Of a stretch of DNA of 64,000 nt, positions 63,891-64,000 are shown piece after piece (position 1 is the first letter of the stretch; every line of letters starts with the position of its first letter). Location of the stretch: the IMG/VR virus record IMGVR_UViG_3300046791_000269, positions 2,954-66,953 of that record; one strand, written 5' to 3'. The position numbers and the translations under genes were made by a program. A model generated the notes under the pieces. That model worked only from the letters and a program-made list of their open reading frames with translations, had not been told where the DNA came from and did no database searches. The DNA comes from a virus.

Positions 63891-64000
63891 CCGTCCGGGT
63901 GACAGATGCCGACCGTCAGGGAGCGGCGAGGGTGTTGGTGCCGTACCGAACACGGCTCATCAACCACGAGCCGGACGCCTCTCTTGAAGAGACCATCGCC
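63887..64000 (+). CDS. Hypothetical protein, 5' partial (runs off the window)
   Basis: ATG overlapping the upstream stop. Confidence 0.3.
   Translation, partial: MTVRVTDADRQGAARVLVPYRTRLINHEPDASLEETIA

Larger units (their letters stand above)
1..64000. mobile_element. Temperate contractile-tailed phage or prophage genome segment; both window edges lie inside phage genes
   Basis: Continuous phage modules: int/xis, immunity, replication, terminase, portal, capsid, sheath, tube, tape measure protein, baseplate, fibers. No housekeeping genes seen. Confidence 0.8.

Noticed and set aside
1-64000. CRISPR arrays, rRNA and tRNA genes
   Set aside because: No spacer-repeat periodicity or rRNA-like stretch was seen. 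A tRNA-like T-arm near 52320 could not be folded convincingly by eye

Overview
The whole 64-kb window (about 67% GC) is one temperate phage or prophage with a contractile, myovirus-like tail; I see no obvious host genes or tRNA genes. Gene layout: a strong σ70-like promoter/operator at 57159-57187 drives a long leftward operon covering almost everything from ~57.15 kb down to position 1. In order it encodes Cro-like and HTH regulators, an SPFH membrane protein with small membrane peptides, excisionase and tyrosine integrase, a LexA DNA-binding-domain-only protein, and replication and DNA-metabolism genes (Gp37/68, deoxyribosyltransferase-like, VRR-NUC, an orphan DNA methyltransferase, PD-(D/E)xK and HNH nucleases, an initiator with iterons, primase, a DnaB-like helicase, SSB). 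It continues with an ARC/Mpa/PAN-like AAA+ ATPase and an HD phosphohydrolase, then a deoxysugar-nucleotide tailoring cassette (C-methyltransferase, cupin isomerase/epimerase, two SDR enzymes) bounded by 33-bp direct repeats. After that come terminase small and large subunits, portal, scaffold and capsid, two glycosyltransferases, and the tail module (sheath, tube, G/GT chaperones with a lambda-like GGGAAAA -1 frameshift site, tape measure, baseplate), and finally a tail-fiber region carrying a GH16 glucanase, an AspH-like hydroxylase, a Gly-rich fiber and two free-standing HNH endonucleases. A twin promoter/operator copy at 57642-57671 drives a rightward early operon (57.68 kb to beyond 64 kb) with an HNH endonuclease and a lambda-Exo/YqaJ-like exonuclease. 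An XRE-family repressor candidate sits between the two operator copies. A 2.4-kb block of opposite-strand moron genes (12273-14683) inside the tail module encodes a His-rich lipoprotein and other secreted or membrane proteins. The supplied ORF track omits the real tail-fiber gene at 212-1855 on the minus strand. That gene carries about 34-36-aa tandem repeats and an in-frame TGA; the track shows its antisense shadow ORFs instead. The most interesting candidate system is the phage-borne NDP-deoxysugar C-methylation pathway together with the two glycosyltransferases, which suggests virion or host-glycan glycosylation. All functional calls come from motif-level reading and have not been database-verified.
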